From assembly GCA_001029675.1 (NCBI GenBank), contig CP011210.1, forward strand, positions 907,280-946,890: a stretch of DNA of 39,611 nucleotides. The letters run 5' to 3'. Origin of the DNA: Candidatus Beckwithbacteria bacterium GW2011_GWC1_49_16. GTDB taxonomy: Bacteria > Patescibacteriota > Microgenomatia > UBA1400 > CG1-02-47-37. The position numbers and the translations under genes were made by a program. This document shows, piece after piece, positions 23,499 to 32,578 of the stretch; position 1 is the stretch's first letter; each line of letters begins with the position of its first letter. Below the pieces are notes generated by a model, which saw only the letters and a list, made by a program, of their open reading frames with translations, searched no databases and was not told the origin of the DNA.

Positions 23499-24557
23499 TT
23501 AATAAGTGGGTAGGTAGTGTTTGATATTTTCTAAGGTTAAGTGAAAATGCTCATGTTTGCCTTCGACAATTTCTCGGGCGATTTTCCTGGCGACGCCCTC
23601 GATGGTTCTTTCCAAAGTCCTGATGCCGGCGTCGTAGCCCAACGGCCGGACAATTTTGGGCCAGACCGTCTCGTCGATGGTAAGGTTGTCAGCTGACAGA
23701 CCGGCTTCTTTGAGGGTGTGGGGCAAGACGTAGTCTTTGCCGATGGTGATTTTTTCTGCGTCGGTGTATGAGGGCATTTGGATAATTTCCAAGCGGTCTT
23801 GGACGGCGGTGGCGATGTTTCTGGTGTTGTTGGCGGTGGCGACAAACAAGACGTCGGAGAGGTTAAAGGGATAGTCAAGGTAGTGGTCGATAAACTGAAA
23901 GTTTTGTTCCGGGTCAAGGAGTTCAACCAAAACTCCCATGATATCTCCCCTGGCCTGTTCGGTGACCCGGTCGATTTCGTCAAGTAAGATGATCGGGTTG
24001 CGGCTTGCCGCCCGGCGGAGGGCTTTGATGACTAAGCCCGGTTCGGCGTCGGGGTGAAGACGAGACTGCCCCCTAAGGTCGCGGGCAGAACCCATGCCGC
24101 CAAAAGGGATGCGGGCGTATTGGCGCTTTAAGGCTTCGGAAAGTGAAGGGCCGAAAGTGGTTTTGCCGGTGCCGACCAGGCCGACCAGGCAAAGGATCGG
24201 CGCCCGAGTGTGCTCATCGCTTTCAGCCCGGTTTTGAGTCAAGCGCATAACTGCCAGGTACTCGATGATTCTTTCTTTGACCTCATTCATGCCGTAGTGG
24301 TGCTTGTCTAAAATGGCTCTGGCCTCCTTAAGATCAAGCCTGTCGGTAGTGGTTTTATCCCAAGGAAGCTCGATGATCCAGGAAATGTAGTGGGCCACTC
24401 TGTCGTATTCGGTAGAATAACCGGTAAAGTCGGCCATGCGGGTCAGGCGCTCGAGCATCTGGGTAGTTTTTTGTTTTAACTCGGGAGGAAGAGTAACAGA
24501 GTCGAGCTTGGTTTTTAAATGGTCAACTTCTTGGCTTAAGGCAGATTTAGGGCTCAT
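23499..24557 (-). CDS. Lon-like AAA+ ATPase module without N-terminal (LAN) or C-terminal protease domains
   Basis: YISWIIELPWDKTT..LDLKEARAILDKHHYGMNEVKERIIEYLAV, Walker A GLVGTGKTT, Walker B PIILLDEIDRV, and GIRTLERTIEGVARKIA all track the LonA ATPase core. The ORF ends where the protease domain would begin, and the next gene (rnj) starts at the adjacent nucleotide. Confidence 0.75.
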   Translation of the reverse strand: MSPKSALSQEVDHLKTKLDSVTLPPELKQKTTQMLERLTRMADFTGYSTEYDRVAHYISWIIELPWDKTTTDRLDLKEARAILDKHHYGMNEVKERIIEYLAVMRLTQNRAESDEHTRAPILCLVGLVGTGKTTFGPSLSEALKRQYARIPFGGMGSARDLRGQSRLHPDAEPGLVIKALRRAASRNPIILLDEIDRVTEQARGDIMGVLVELLDPEQNFQFIDHYLDYPFNLSDVLFVATANNTRNIATAVQDRLEIIQMPSYTDAEKITIGKDYVLPHTLKEAGLSADNLTIDETVWPKIVRPLGYDAGIRTLERTIEGVARKIAREIVEGKHEHFHLTLENIKHYLPTY

Positions 24558-24576
24558 GAATTAATTCTAACACAAC

Positions 24577-26793
24577 CTAACGGCGGTGATCGATGCGCCT
24601 AAAGGGCGGGCGCCCGCCAGGGCGGCGATCGCGGTTAAAACCGCCGGCTGGTCGCGGCGGCCGGTTTTGGGCCGCTTCGCGTTCCTGTTCTGGAGTTAAG
24701 GCAGTCAAACTCACCCGGCCCTGCTCGTCTATTTCCCGGACGCGAACGTGCAGAGTCTCGCCCAGTTTGACAATCGTGTTCGGGTCGGCCACGTAACTGG
24801 TAGCTAGCCGCGACACGTGGACCAAGCCGTCTCGGCCCGGAGTCAGCTCAACAAAAGCGCCGTAAGCTTCAATCCGGACAACTTTGCCGTCAAACTCTTC
24901 GCCGACGACAAATTCTCTGGTTAAACCGCTGACCCAATCGACCGCACCTTTTAACTTATCAGCGTCGGTCCCGGAAATTACCACCCGGCCGTCATCGTCA
25001 ACGTCCACCTCACAACCGGTTTCTTTAATAATCTTTTTAATCATTCTGCCGCCCGGGCCGATCAGCTCGCCGATCTTTTCCACCGGAATGTTAATCGTGG
25101 CGATCTTCGGGGCAAAGGTTGAAACTTGTTTTTTGGGTTCAGGCAGAGTTTCCTTCATGTGCTCCAAAATCGTCAAGCGGGCAATTTTGGCCGCGTCAAG
25201 CGCTTCTTTTAAAATGGTCGGGGTCACTCCGGAAATTTTAATGTCCATTTGCAGGGCAGTGATACCGTCGCGGGTTCCGGCCACTTTAAAATCCATGTCG
25301 CCCAAATGGTCTTCCAGGCCGGTAATGTCCGTCAAAATCACATAGTCTTCAATTTCTGTCTGCCCGCCGGAGCCTGGACGAAGGCGGGCAATCAAGCCCA
25401 TGGCAATTCCGGCTACCGGTTTAACTAAAGGCACACCGGCGTCCATTAAAGATAAAGTCGAGCCGCAAACCGAGGCCATAGAGGTAGAGCCGTTACTAGA
25501 CATGATTTCGGAGACAACTCTAATAGTATAAGGAAACTTATTCTCATCAGGAATCATCGGGGCCAGCGCCCGCTCGGCCAAAGTGCCGTGGCCCACTTCG
25601 CGCCGTGAAGGCCAACCCAACCTGCCCGTTTCCCCGACCGAGTAGGGCGGGAAAACGTAATGATGAATGTAGCGTTTTGAAGTTTCACCTTCTAAATCTT
25701 CTATCAACTGCTCAAGGCTGGGCGAACCTAAAGTGGTCAAAGTTAAGGCTTGGGTTGCTCCCCGGGCAAATATTGCCGATCCGTGGGTGCGCGGCAACAC
25801 CGATACAGCCGAGTTTAATTCCCTTATCTTATCCGGTGGGCGCTTATCGGCGCGGCTCTTTTTGGTTAAAATCTTCTGCCGCACCCGATCGTTAAACTCA
25901 CTCTGGATAACTTCGGCTACCGCTTGGGCGTCTAAATCGGACAGCGCTTCTTTAACGGCGGCAGTAACTTCGTCCAGGGCATGGCGCGGCCCGACTTCGG
26001 TGGCGGCAGTGGCGGCCAAATTATCTAAAAGGTCCTCGAGGCTGGTTTTAGCCTTAGCCAAAATTTGCTTTTTTATTTGGCCGTCAACTTTTGAGGCAGT
26101 GAAAGTTTCTTTTTTAGTTTTGAACTTGTCGGCCAGTTGATTGATGCCGGCGCAAATTGTTTTTATGTTTCTTTGGGCCAACTCTAAGGCCTCAAGCATT
26201 TTGGCTTCGGAAACTTCTTTGGCGCCGGCTTCGACCATGACGATGGCAGCTTCTGACCCTGAAACAGTCAACTCCAATTTCGAAGTCGCTTGTTCATCCC
26301 GAATCGGGTTGACTAACAATTCGTCTTGGTCGTTTAAACCGATTCTGACCGCGGCAATCGGCCCGGACCAGGGAATTGGGGAAATGCTCAAAGCCGCCGA
26401 GGCGCCGATTAGCCCCAAAATGTCGGGGTCATTTTGCAAATCATAAGACAACACGGTGGCGACCACTTGGACTTCTTTCATGTAGCCGGCCGGGAACAGC
26501 GGCCGGATGGATCGGTCAATCAACCGCGCCTTCAAAATCGCTTCGTCGGTCGGCCTACCTTCGCGTTTGACCCAGCGGGAACCTTTAATAATGCCCGAGG
26601 CGTAAAGTTTCTCCTGGTACTCAACGGTTAAAGGAAAGTAGCCTAAGTCGGGGCGCTCGCCTCCGACCACAACGGTGACTAAAACCACGGTGTCGCCAGA
26701 GCGGACCAGCACCGCGGCGGTGGCTTGCTGGGCAAACTGGCCGACTTCCAAAGAAAGCTGTTTTTCTCCCAAAGTAACGGTTTCGGTTATCAC
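24577..26793 (-). CDS. pnp: Polyribonucleotide nucleotidyltransferase (PNPase) with an Arg/Pro/Gly-rich C-terminal tail
   Basis: 738 aa with two RNase PH domains, KH (IGPGGRMIKKI) and S1 (GKVVRIEAYGAFVEL). The tail reads NRPPRPAGGFNRDRRPGGRPPFRRIDHRR. Confidence 0.97.
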   Translation of the reverse strand: MITETVTLGEKQLSLEVGQFAQQATAAVLVRSGDTVVLVTVVVGGERPDLGYFPLTVEYQEKLYASGIIKGSRWVKREGRPTDEAILKARLIDRSIRPLFPAGYMKEVQVVATVLSYDLQNDPDILGLIGASAALSISPIPWSGPIAAVRIGLNDQDELLVNPIRDEQATSKLELTVSGSEAAIVMVEAGAKEVSEAKMLEALELAQRNIKTICAGINQLADKFKTKKETFTASKVDGQIKKQILAKAKTSLEDLLDNLAATAATEVGPRHALDEVTAAVKEALSDLDAQAVAEVIQSEFNDRVRQKILTKKSRADKRPPDKIRELNSAVSVLPRTHGSAIFARGATQALTLTTLGSPSLEQLIEDLEGETSKRYIHHYVFPPYSVGETGRLGWPSRREVGHGTLAERALAPMIPDENKFPYTIRVVSEIMSSNGSTSMASVCGSTLSLMDAGVPLVKPVAGIAMGLIARLRPGSGGQTEIEDYVILTDITGLEDHLGDMDFKVAGTRDGITALQMDIKISGVTPTILKEALDAAKIARLTILEHMKETLPEPKKQVSTFAPKIATINIPVEKIGELIGPGGRMIKKIIKETGCEVDVDDDGRVVISGTDADKLKGAVDWVSGLTREFVVGEEFDGKVVRIEAYGAFVELTPGRDGLVHVSRLATSYVADPNTIVKLGETLHVRVREIDEQGRVSLTALTPEQEREAAQNRPPRPAGGFNRDRRPGGRPPFRRIDHRR

Positions 26794-26794
26794 T

Positions 26795-27064
26795 TTATTT
26801 ATTCAAGCTTAGGGCTTTAGTAATTTGCTGGTGGCGGGTTTTGGATTTGGATTTCAAATAGTTTAAAAGCCGGCGGCGCTTACTAACCATGGCCAACAAG
26901 CCCCGGCGGGAGTGGTTGTCTTTGGCGTTGCCTTTGAGGTGGCTGGTTAAAAGCTTGATCCTTTCGCTAAGAAGCGCGATCTGGACCTCGGGTGAACCGG
27001 TGTCGCCTTTTTGGGTGGCGTGTTTGGTGATGATTTTCTTCTTAGCAGTAGCAGTGAGAGTCAT
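26795..27064 (-). CDS. rpsO: 30S ribosomal protein S15
   Basis: 89 aa; [48 protein letters not shown] is canonical S15. Confidence 0.97.
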   Translation of the reverse strand: MTLTATAKKKIITKHATQKGDTGSPEVQIALLSERIKLLTSHLKGNAKDNHSRRGLLAMVSKRRRLLNYLKSKSKTRHQQITKALSLNK

Positions 27065-27089
27065 ACTTTTTGGTTAAGGATTAATTCTA

Positions 27090-28016
27090 TCAAAGATCAG
27101 AGGATTTTAAAACCTTGGGTTTGAGCCAGTCGGGCGAGGGGGCGTCAGCCAGAGGCTGATCAGCCCTTGGCTGAGCTGGGGCTATGGCGCCCGAAGGCGG
27201 GGTAAAGGCGGGGCGGGTAAAGGGCAAAACGGGGCGCGGGCCAGGAACCGGGGCGGGGGGCTCGGGTTTGATGTGGCCTCTTTGGGCGCCCAGCCTCATC
27301 AATTTGGCGACGGTGTCAAAAGTATCGGCGGTAAGTTTACCCTGGGTGAAGTTGACGGTGGCGGCTTCGATGCCGGCAAGTAAGTTAGTGGCGATGTCTT
27401 GGTCGAGTGGTAACCCCAAGTTTTCCAAAACAGCGGCGGTGATTTCGCAGGCAGCAGCAGCCGTAGGGTCATAAAGGTTAACGCTGCCAAAGCTTTCGGC
27501 CCGGTCGATGTGAGTTAGGTTGATCAGAGTCAGGCCATCTTTTTCAAACAGAGCTTTTTCGGACTGGTAGATGGTGCCCAGGTCGGTTAACTTGCCGGCG
27601 CCGACGACAAAGATTAAGTCGGCGGAAGCGCCGGAGTAAGAAAACTCGACCGAGTTGGCGTCGGGCGGGGTTTGGCCGGGTTTGGGTTCGATGGTAAGGC
27701 GGAATTTTTGATTCGCCGGGTCCTTGTCGTAGGCGACTTTTTCCAGGGAGTCTTCGGGGTAGTCGAAAGAGATGACCAGGTTTTGGTTGCCAATTTGGGG
27801 GCTGATCTTATCCACGCCGTAAAGGCGGTTGAACTCGACGGTCATCTGGGAAGCGCAGCCCACGTTCACCTGGCGGCCGGATTGAGCGAGAGACAGATAG
27901 AGGGCCAGACCGGCAGCGACGGCGTCAAGCTGGGGATTTTGGGGCAGCAAAATCAAGATAGCTTTGGCGCTGGCAAGCGCAGATTTTACCGGCTCGATAT
28001 TGTAGGTTTTGGGCAT
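27090..28016 (-). CDS. DHH/NrnA-like protein with degenerate catalytic motifs (possible pseudoenzyme) and a Pro-rich tail
   Basis: Its position in the nusA-infB-...-rpsO-pnp cluster and its overall pattern resemble NrnA-type DHH phosphoesterases. The signature motifs appear substituted: NPQLDAVAAG for NPDGDAxGS, VVGAG for the motif II Asp, LTHIDRAE for DHH, and GIEAATVNF for GIxTDTGxF. Confidence 0.5.
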   Translation of the reverse strand: MPKTYNIEPVKSALASAKAILILLPQNPQLDAVAAGLALYLSLAQSGRQVNVGCASQMTVEFNRLYGVDKISPQIGNQNLVISFDYPEDSLEKVAYDKDPANQKFRLTIEPKPGQTPPDANSVEFSYSGASADLIFVVGAGKLTDLGTIYQSEKALFEKDGLTLINLTHIDRAESFGSVNLYDPTAAAACEITAAVLENLGLPLDQDIATNLLAGIEAATVNFTQGKLTADTFDTVAKLMRLGAQRGHIKPEPPAPVPGPRPVLPFTRPAFTPPSGAIAPAQPRADQPLADAPSPDWLKPKVLKSSDL

Positions 28017-28059
28017 AAGTGAGGCGGATTGTATCAGGAAACGCCAGTCAAGTCAAAGG

Positions 28060-29532
28060 CTATAGGCTAGTGATCGGCTTTTTAAAGGCAATCAGTTTAT
28101 CCTTAACTTTAAAGTCAAGTTCGGTGGTGAAAGCCACGCCGCCCTGTTCACCCTTTTTAACTTTGTCGACGGTATCTTTCCCTTGGTGGAGGGATTTGAT
28201 CTTGGCGTCTAGAAGCTGGTCCTGGCCGCGCACCAGGTGAACCTTATCCCCGACCGTAAGTTTTCCGGCGGTGACTTCGCAGCCGGCGATTTTTTGGCCG
28301 CCAACGGTAAACTCGGCGATAATTTTGGCTTCGCCTAAGATGTCTTCGTCGATGGTAGGCTCCATCAGTTTCAAAACTTTTTGGCTGACGTCGTCTAAGA
28401 GCTCGTGAATCAGCTGGTGGCTGGTAACGGTAATGCCTTCGATTTCGGCAAGCTTCGCGGCTGACGAGCTGGTTTTAACCCTGAAGGCTAAGATTTGGGC
28501 CCCGGTGGATTGGGCCAGCAAGACGTCGGCTTCGGAAACGTCGCCGACGGCAGAGGAGACGAGAGTGACGCTGTCTTCGAGGTTTTGCTTGATCGCTTCC
28601 AGGGTGCCGCTGGCGTCGGCTTTGAGGATAAGCTTGAGGGATTTTTCGTTTTCGTTGCTGGTTTCACCTTCGAGGTGCGCCGCAGGCGCTACACCACCTC
28701 GAAGGCGGACTGAACTCTCCTCTAAGGCCTGACCTTCAGGGGCATGCGAGGTGACGGTGGCGCCGACCGGCGGGACGTGCCTGAAACCTAAAATCTGGCC
28801 GGGTTCGCCGGGGAGGATTTGAGCCAGGTTTTGGCCGTTTTCATCGAAGATGGCGCGGGCTCTGCCGGAGGTGGGGCCGGCGACCAAATCGCCCCCTACT
28901 TTTATGGTGCCGGCTTTGACGATGACGGTGGCCAGGGGGCCCTTGCGACGGTCGAGTTCAGACTCGATGATGGCGGCGGCAAGATCCGCTTCTGGTTTTG
29001 AGGGTAGATCTAAAAAGTCGGCGGAAAGTAGAGTCATTTCCAAAAGCTGGTCCAAACCCTTTTTGGTTTTGGCGGAGACGGGGACGGCGACGACTTTGCC
29101 GCCGTAGCCTTCGACCAAAACTTCCGCTTCTGCCAGTTGAGATTTGACTTTGTCGGGGGCGGCGTCGGGGAGATCGATTTTGTTGATGGCGACTAAAAAG
29201 GGCACGCCGGCGGCCTTGATGTGATCGAGTGACTCTTTAGTCTGGGGCTTGACGCCTTCGACAGCGTCGACGACCAAGATGACCAGGTCGGTGACTTTGG
29301 TGCCGCGGGAGCGCATGGCGGCAAAGGCGGCGTGGCCGGGGGTGTCAATAAAGGTTAAGGGGCGGCCTTGGTGAGTCACCTTGTAGGCGCCGATGTGTTG
29401 GGTAATGCCGCCGGACTCACGGGCTGCCTGGTTAGTTTCTCGAATCGCGTCAAGGAGTGTTGTTTTGCCGTGGTCGATGTGACCCATGACGGTAATCACC
29501 GGGGCGCGTTGGTTTGGTTTACTCTTAGCCAC
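28060..29532 (-). CDS. infB: Translation initiation factor IF-2 (short form starting at the G domain)
   Basis: [30 protein letters not shown], and NKIDL G-motifs. 490 aa. Overlaps the nusA stop by 8 nt. Confidence 0.95.
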   Translation of the reverse strand: MAKSKPNQRAPVITVMGHIDHGKTTLLDAIRETNQAARESGGITQHIGAYKVTHQGRPLTFIDTPGHAAFAAMRSRGTKVTDLVILVVDAVEGVKPQTKESLDHIKAAGVPFLVAINKIDLPDAAPDKVKSQLAEAEVLVEGYGGKVVAVPVSAKTKKGLDQLLEMTLLSADFLDLPSKPEADLAAAIIESELDRRKGPLATVIVKAGTIKVGGDLVAGPTSGRARAIFDENGQNLAQILPGEPGQILGFRHVPPVGATVTSHAPEGQALEESSVRLRGGVAPAAHLEGETSNENEKSLKLILKADASGTLEAIKQNLEDSVTLVSSAVGDVSEADVLLAQSTGAQILAFRVKTSSSAAKLAEIEGITVTSHQLIHELLDDVSQKVLKLMEPTIDEDILGEAKIIAEFTVGGQKIAGCEVTAGKLTVGDKVHLVRGQDQLLDAKIKSLHQGKDTVDKVKKGEQGGVAFTTELDFKVKDKLIAFKKPITSL

Positions 29533-30712
29533 TTAGAGCTTCGCTAATTTCTTCGATGGATTTGCTGCCAAGACCGCGAATGTCTTTTAGGTCGTCTTCG
29601 GTTAATTTTTTAAGCTTTTTTAAAGTGGTGGTTTCGGCTTCGACCAGAGCGTTTCTGACGCGCGACGACAGGTTTAACTTATCGATTTCAAACTCGTGGT
29701 CGCTGCTTTTGGCAGAAACGGCTTCGCCTTTGGGGCCTTTGATGGTGATTTTGAAACCGGTTAACTTGGCGGCCAGTCTGGCGTTTTGGCCCTCGCGGCC
29801 GATGGCCAGTGACAGCTGGTCTTCGGGGACGGTAACGACGGCGGTTTTTTTGGTTTCGTCTAGTTTTATCTCTAATTTCTCTGCTGGTTGAAGGGACGCC
29901 GTGATAAACTTTTCGATATTATCCGAGTACTCAATGATGTCAATTTTCTCGCCGTTTAATTCGTTGATCACCGCCTGCACCCGGACGCCTTTTTGGCCGA
30001 CGCAGGAACCCACCGGATCGACGCCGGCCTGGGTAGAAGCGACCGCCACTTTGGAGCGGCTGCCGGCCTCCCGGGCAATGGTTTTTATTTCCACGGCGCC
30101 GGATTCGACTTCGGGGACTTCGCGCTTAAAAAGACCGATGACCAGCTTCGGGTCGGCGCGGGAGACGATGATCTGCTCCCCTTTGACGGTGTCGGTGATG
30201 TCTTTGATGTATAGCGTCAAGCGTTGGTTTAAGCGGTAGTGTTCGCCGCGGGCTTGTTCTTCCGGCGGCATCAAACCCTGGCCGCGGCCGATGTCGCAGA
30301 CGATGAATTTGCCGTCAAAACGCAAGACCATGCCGCTTACTAAGTTGCCGACTTTATCCTGGTATTCGCCGATGATGGCGGTTTTTTCGGCTTCTCTTAT
30401 CTTTTGCAAAATTACCTGTTTGGCGGTCTGGGCGGCGATCCGGCCAAAGCCGGGCGGGGTGACTTCTTTTCGTTTGCCTTTATCGTCAACGGGCAACTCG
30501 AAGAGTTTGGCTTCGCCGGTAACCTGGTCGAGCTCGGCTTCATACGCGGCTTCTTCTTCGATATTAAAGTCCTTTTTGTAAGCCGCTACCAGGGCGGCTT
30601 TAATGGTGTCGATGACCGCTTCGGGGGAAATGCCCCGCTCGGCGCAGATTTGGTTTAAAGCCGCGGTAAACTCGGTCCGAGCAGATCTTGGCAGATTAGC
30701 TAAATTGGCCAT
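29525..30712 (-). CDS. nusA: Transcription termination/antitermination factor NusA
   Basis: N-terminal domain, S1 (GNLVSGMVLRFDGKFIVCDIG), two KH domains (VGSCVGQKGVRVQAVINELNGEKIDII; LAIGREGQNARLAAKLTG), and a C-terminal HhH region. Confidence 0.95.
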   Translation of the reverse strand: MANLANLPRSARTEFTAALNQICAERGISPEAVIDTIKAALVAAYKKDFNIEEEAAYEAELDQVTGEAKLFELPVDDKGKRKEVTPPGFGRIAAQTAKQVILQKIREAEKTAIIGEYQDKVGNLVSGMVLRFDGKFIVCDIGRGQGLMPPEEQARGEHYRLNQRLTLYIKDITDTVKGEQIIVSRADPKLVIGLFKREVPEVESGAVEIKTIAREAGSRSKVAVASTQAGVDPVGSCVGQKGVRVQAVINELNGEKIDIIEYSDNIEKFITASLQPAEKLEIKLDETKKTAVVTVPEDQLSLAIGREGQNARLAAKLTGFKITIKGPKGEAVSAKSSDHEFEIDKLNLSSRVRNALVEAETTTLKKLKKLTEDDLKDIRGLGSKSIEEISEALSG

Positions 30713-30726
30713 AGGTTAATTTTAAC

Positions 30727-30752
30727 AAAAATGGTGGGACACAACCCACCAT
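30727..30752 (-). terminator. Intrinsic terminator hairpin plus U-tract, 18 nt upstream of the nusA ATG (terminator of the upstream cupin gene and/or a nusA leader attenuator)
   Basis: The minus strand reads ATGGTGGG-TTGTGT-CCCACCAT-TTTTGTT...AACCT-ATG. The stem is a perfect 8 bp with a 6-nt loop. Confidence 0.65.
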
Positions 30753-30824
30753 CTCGGTTTAATTTCACTAACTGGGGCTAGTTTAACACAAACTCATCTG
30801 CTACTCAACTAGCCTTGTCTACAC

Positions 30825-31205
30825 TTATTTCTTCTTGTAGTAAGGGTTTTCTGACTTATCCACCATCCGCACATGGCGTTCGTTTTTTTCGTTAAAAGCC
30901 GGGGTGACGGTTAAAACCATTTCCATCTTCCCAAAGTAGTAAATTCTGGTTTTGGGAGGGATGACGATTAAATCGGTAGCTTTGGTTTTGACTTTTTGGC
31001 CATTTAGAAAAAACGTGCCTTGGCCTTTGATGATGTAGTAGATAAACCAACTTTTGATGTCGTAAAACTCCTGAAAATGGCCTTTTTTAACGGAAACGCG
31101 GACCATGTTGGCCCCTTTGACGCCTTCGTGATAAACGGTCAAATGGATGCCGTGTTTATTGAACTTGTCGGCTCTGGCGGCGGTGAATTTGTATTGTCTA
31201 ACCAT
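30825..31205 (-). CDS. Cupin-like small beta-barrel protein
   Basis: 126 aa. ...VSVKKGHFQEFYDIKSWFIYYIIKGQGTFFLNGQKVKTKATDLIVIPPKT... has cupin-like topology. The gene is AT-rich compared with its neighbours. Confidence 0.5.
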   Translation of the reverse strand: MVRQYKFTAARADKFNKHGIHLTVYHEGVKGANMVRVSVKKGHFQEFYDIKSWFIYYIIKGQGTFFLNGQKVKTKATDLIVIPPKTRIYYFGKMEMVLTVTPAFNEKNERHVRMVDKSENPYYKKK

Positions 31206-31262
31206 TAGTTTATTTTAGCATTGGTTTTTCGAAACGATGGGTGACACGGGATTCTTAACTCA

Positions 31263-32447
31263 TTAATCCACCACTACATGCTTTTCGTTAATCCGAAAAG
31301 TTAATGCCCCTAAGATCACTATCCCGCCCATCAGCAAAAATGCCCAAGTCAATCTTTGATCCGCTACCCAACCGATCAATAAACCTATTAACGCGATGTA
31401 GGCACTGGAAATCATGTTAATTGCGGACAAAGCCGTGGCTCTAATTTGGCTGTTAATATGCCTGTTGTAATAGTCAGCAAACAGCGGTTCCTGTAGGCTC
31501 ATCGAACCGAAATTTAAAGTAAATAGCAAAAACGCTACTGCCGGTCCCAAAGTTAAAGCCATCAGCAAATAAATGATTCCTGGGATTAGAGTGGCGGTAA
31601 GCATTGCTTTGCTCACACCCAACGACGCTTCAAATTTGTAGGCATTTTTACTGGCAATAACCGCCAAAATGCCGCCAGCTCCCAAAGACAAACCCAGCCA
31701 CACCGGTGGAACGTTGTTTTGTAAAAAGTAGGGCGGGTGAAAGTTGCGTAAATAACCGACAAACGGCGTGGTTAAAACCCCCAGCCAGATAATTCTTTTT
31801 AGCGACGCGTTGGCCCTGATTAAACCAACGGCGTTTTTGACAACCTTTAAAGGCGATTGTTCCGGGTGAGAATAATCAAGGTTGGGTTCCCGGATAAATA
31901 AGCTGATTACTAAAGCGACGCCAACGCTTAAGGCAGTGAGAATAATTGCCCAGGTTATCCGTCCCGGCTCCAACCTTGACACGATTAAGGTACTTAATAA
32001 AGCACCTAAAATATGGCCTGATTGATAAAAGGCCTCGGTGACGCCGGAGGCTTTGGCCATTTCTTTTTCTTTGCCTTTTTCTTTTAAAGAATCATAAACT
32101 AGCGCCTGGATACAGCCGGATTGGAAAGCAAATCCCAGCCCAGCAATTACTGAGATCAGAATAAAATGAAGGTAGTTTTGGGCAAAGATAAAGGCAATCT
32201 CGCCGATAAGCTGCAAAAATAAGGCCATCATCACTGATTTTTTCCGGCCGATTTTGTCGGCTATCACCCCAGTAGGAATTTCCGCCAAAAAAATCGTGGC
32301 GGTAATAATTCCCCAAAGCGAATTAATCTGAACGAAGTTTAATCCCCGGCGTTGGTAGTAAATCGTTAATACCGGCAGGTAAAAATACAGCGAAGAAAAA
32401 AAATTAATTAAAGCGACTTTATAAACGTTATTTAGTCTCAACGCCAT
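31263..32447 (-). CDS. MFS transporter
   Basis: Multiple TM helices and the MFS signature GVIADKIGRKKS. I chose the start at ATG 32447 because a strong AGGAGG lies 5 nt upstream (CCTCCT at 32453-32458 on the + strand). The track ORF extends to 32498. Confidence 0.85.
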   Translation of the reverse strand: MALRLNNVYKVALINFFSSLYFYLPVLTIYYQRRGLNFVQINSLWGIITATIFLAEIPTGVIADKIGRKKSVMMALFLQLIGEIAFIFAQNYLHFILISVIAGLGFAFQSGCIQALVYDSLKEKGKEKEMAKASGVTEAFYQSGHILGALLSTLIVSRLEPGRITWAIILTALSVGVALVISLFIREPNLDYSHPEQSPLKVVKNAVGLIRANASLKRIIWLGVLTTPFVGYLRNFHPPYFLQNNVPPVWLGLSLGAGGILAVIASKNAYKFEASLGVSKAMLTATLIPGIIYLLMALTLGPAVAFLLFTLNFGSMSLQEPLFADYYNRHINSQIRATALSAINMISSAYIALIGLLIGWVADQRLTWAFLLMGGIVILGALTFRINEKHVVVD

Positions 32448-32578
32448 ATTGTCCTCCTTTAAAATTACCACAAAAAAGTTCACCGCCACCAAGGTCAAAA
32501 CAGCAAAAATACCCTCACTCGCGGGGCACTGTCTTGACTGATATTAGTGAACTAACATTAAGAATTATCTTACCACAA

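Noticed and set aside
32511-32527. CCC-N8-GGG hairpin followed by TATTTTT (minus strand) as a terminator after gene 32579..33349
   Set aside because: A 3-4 bp stem is too weak to call.
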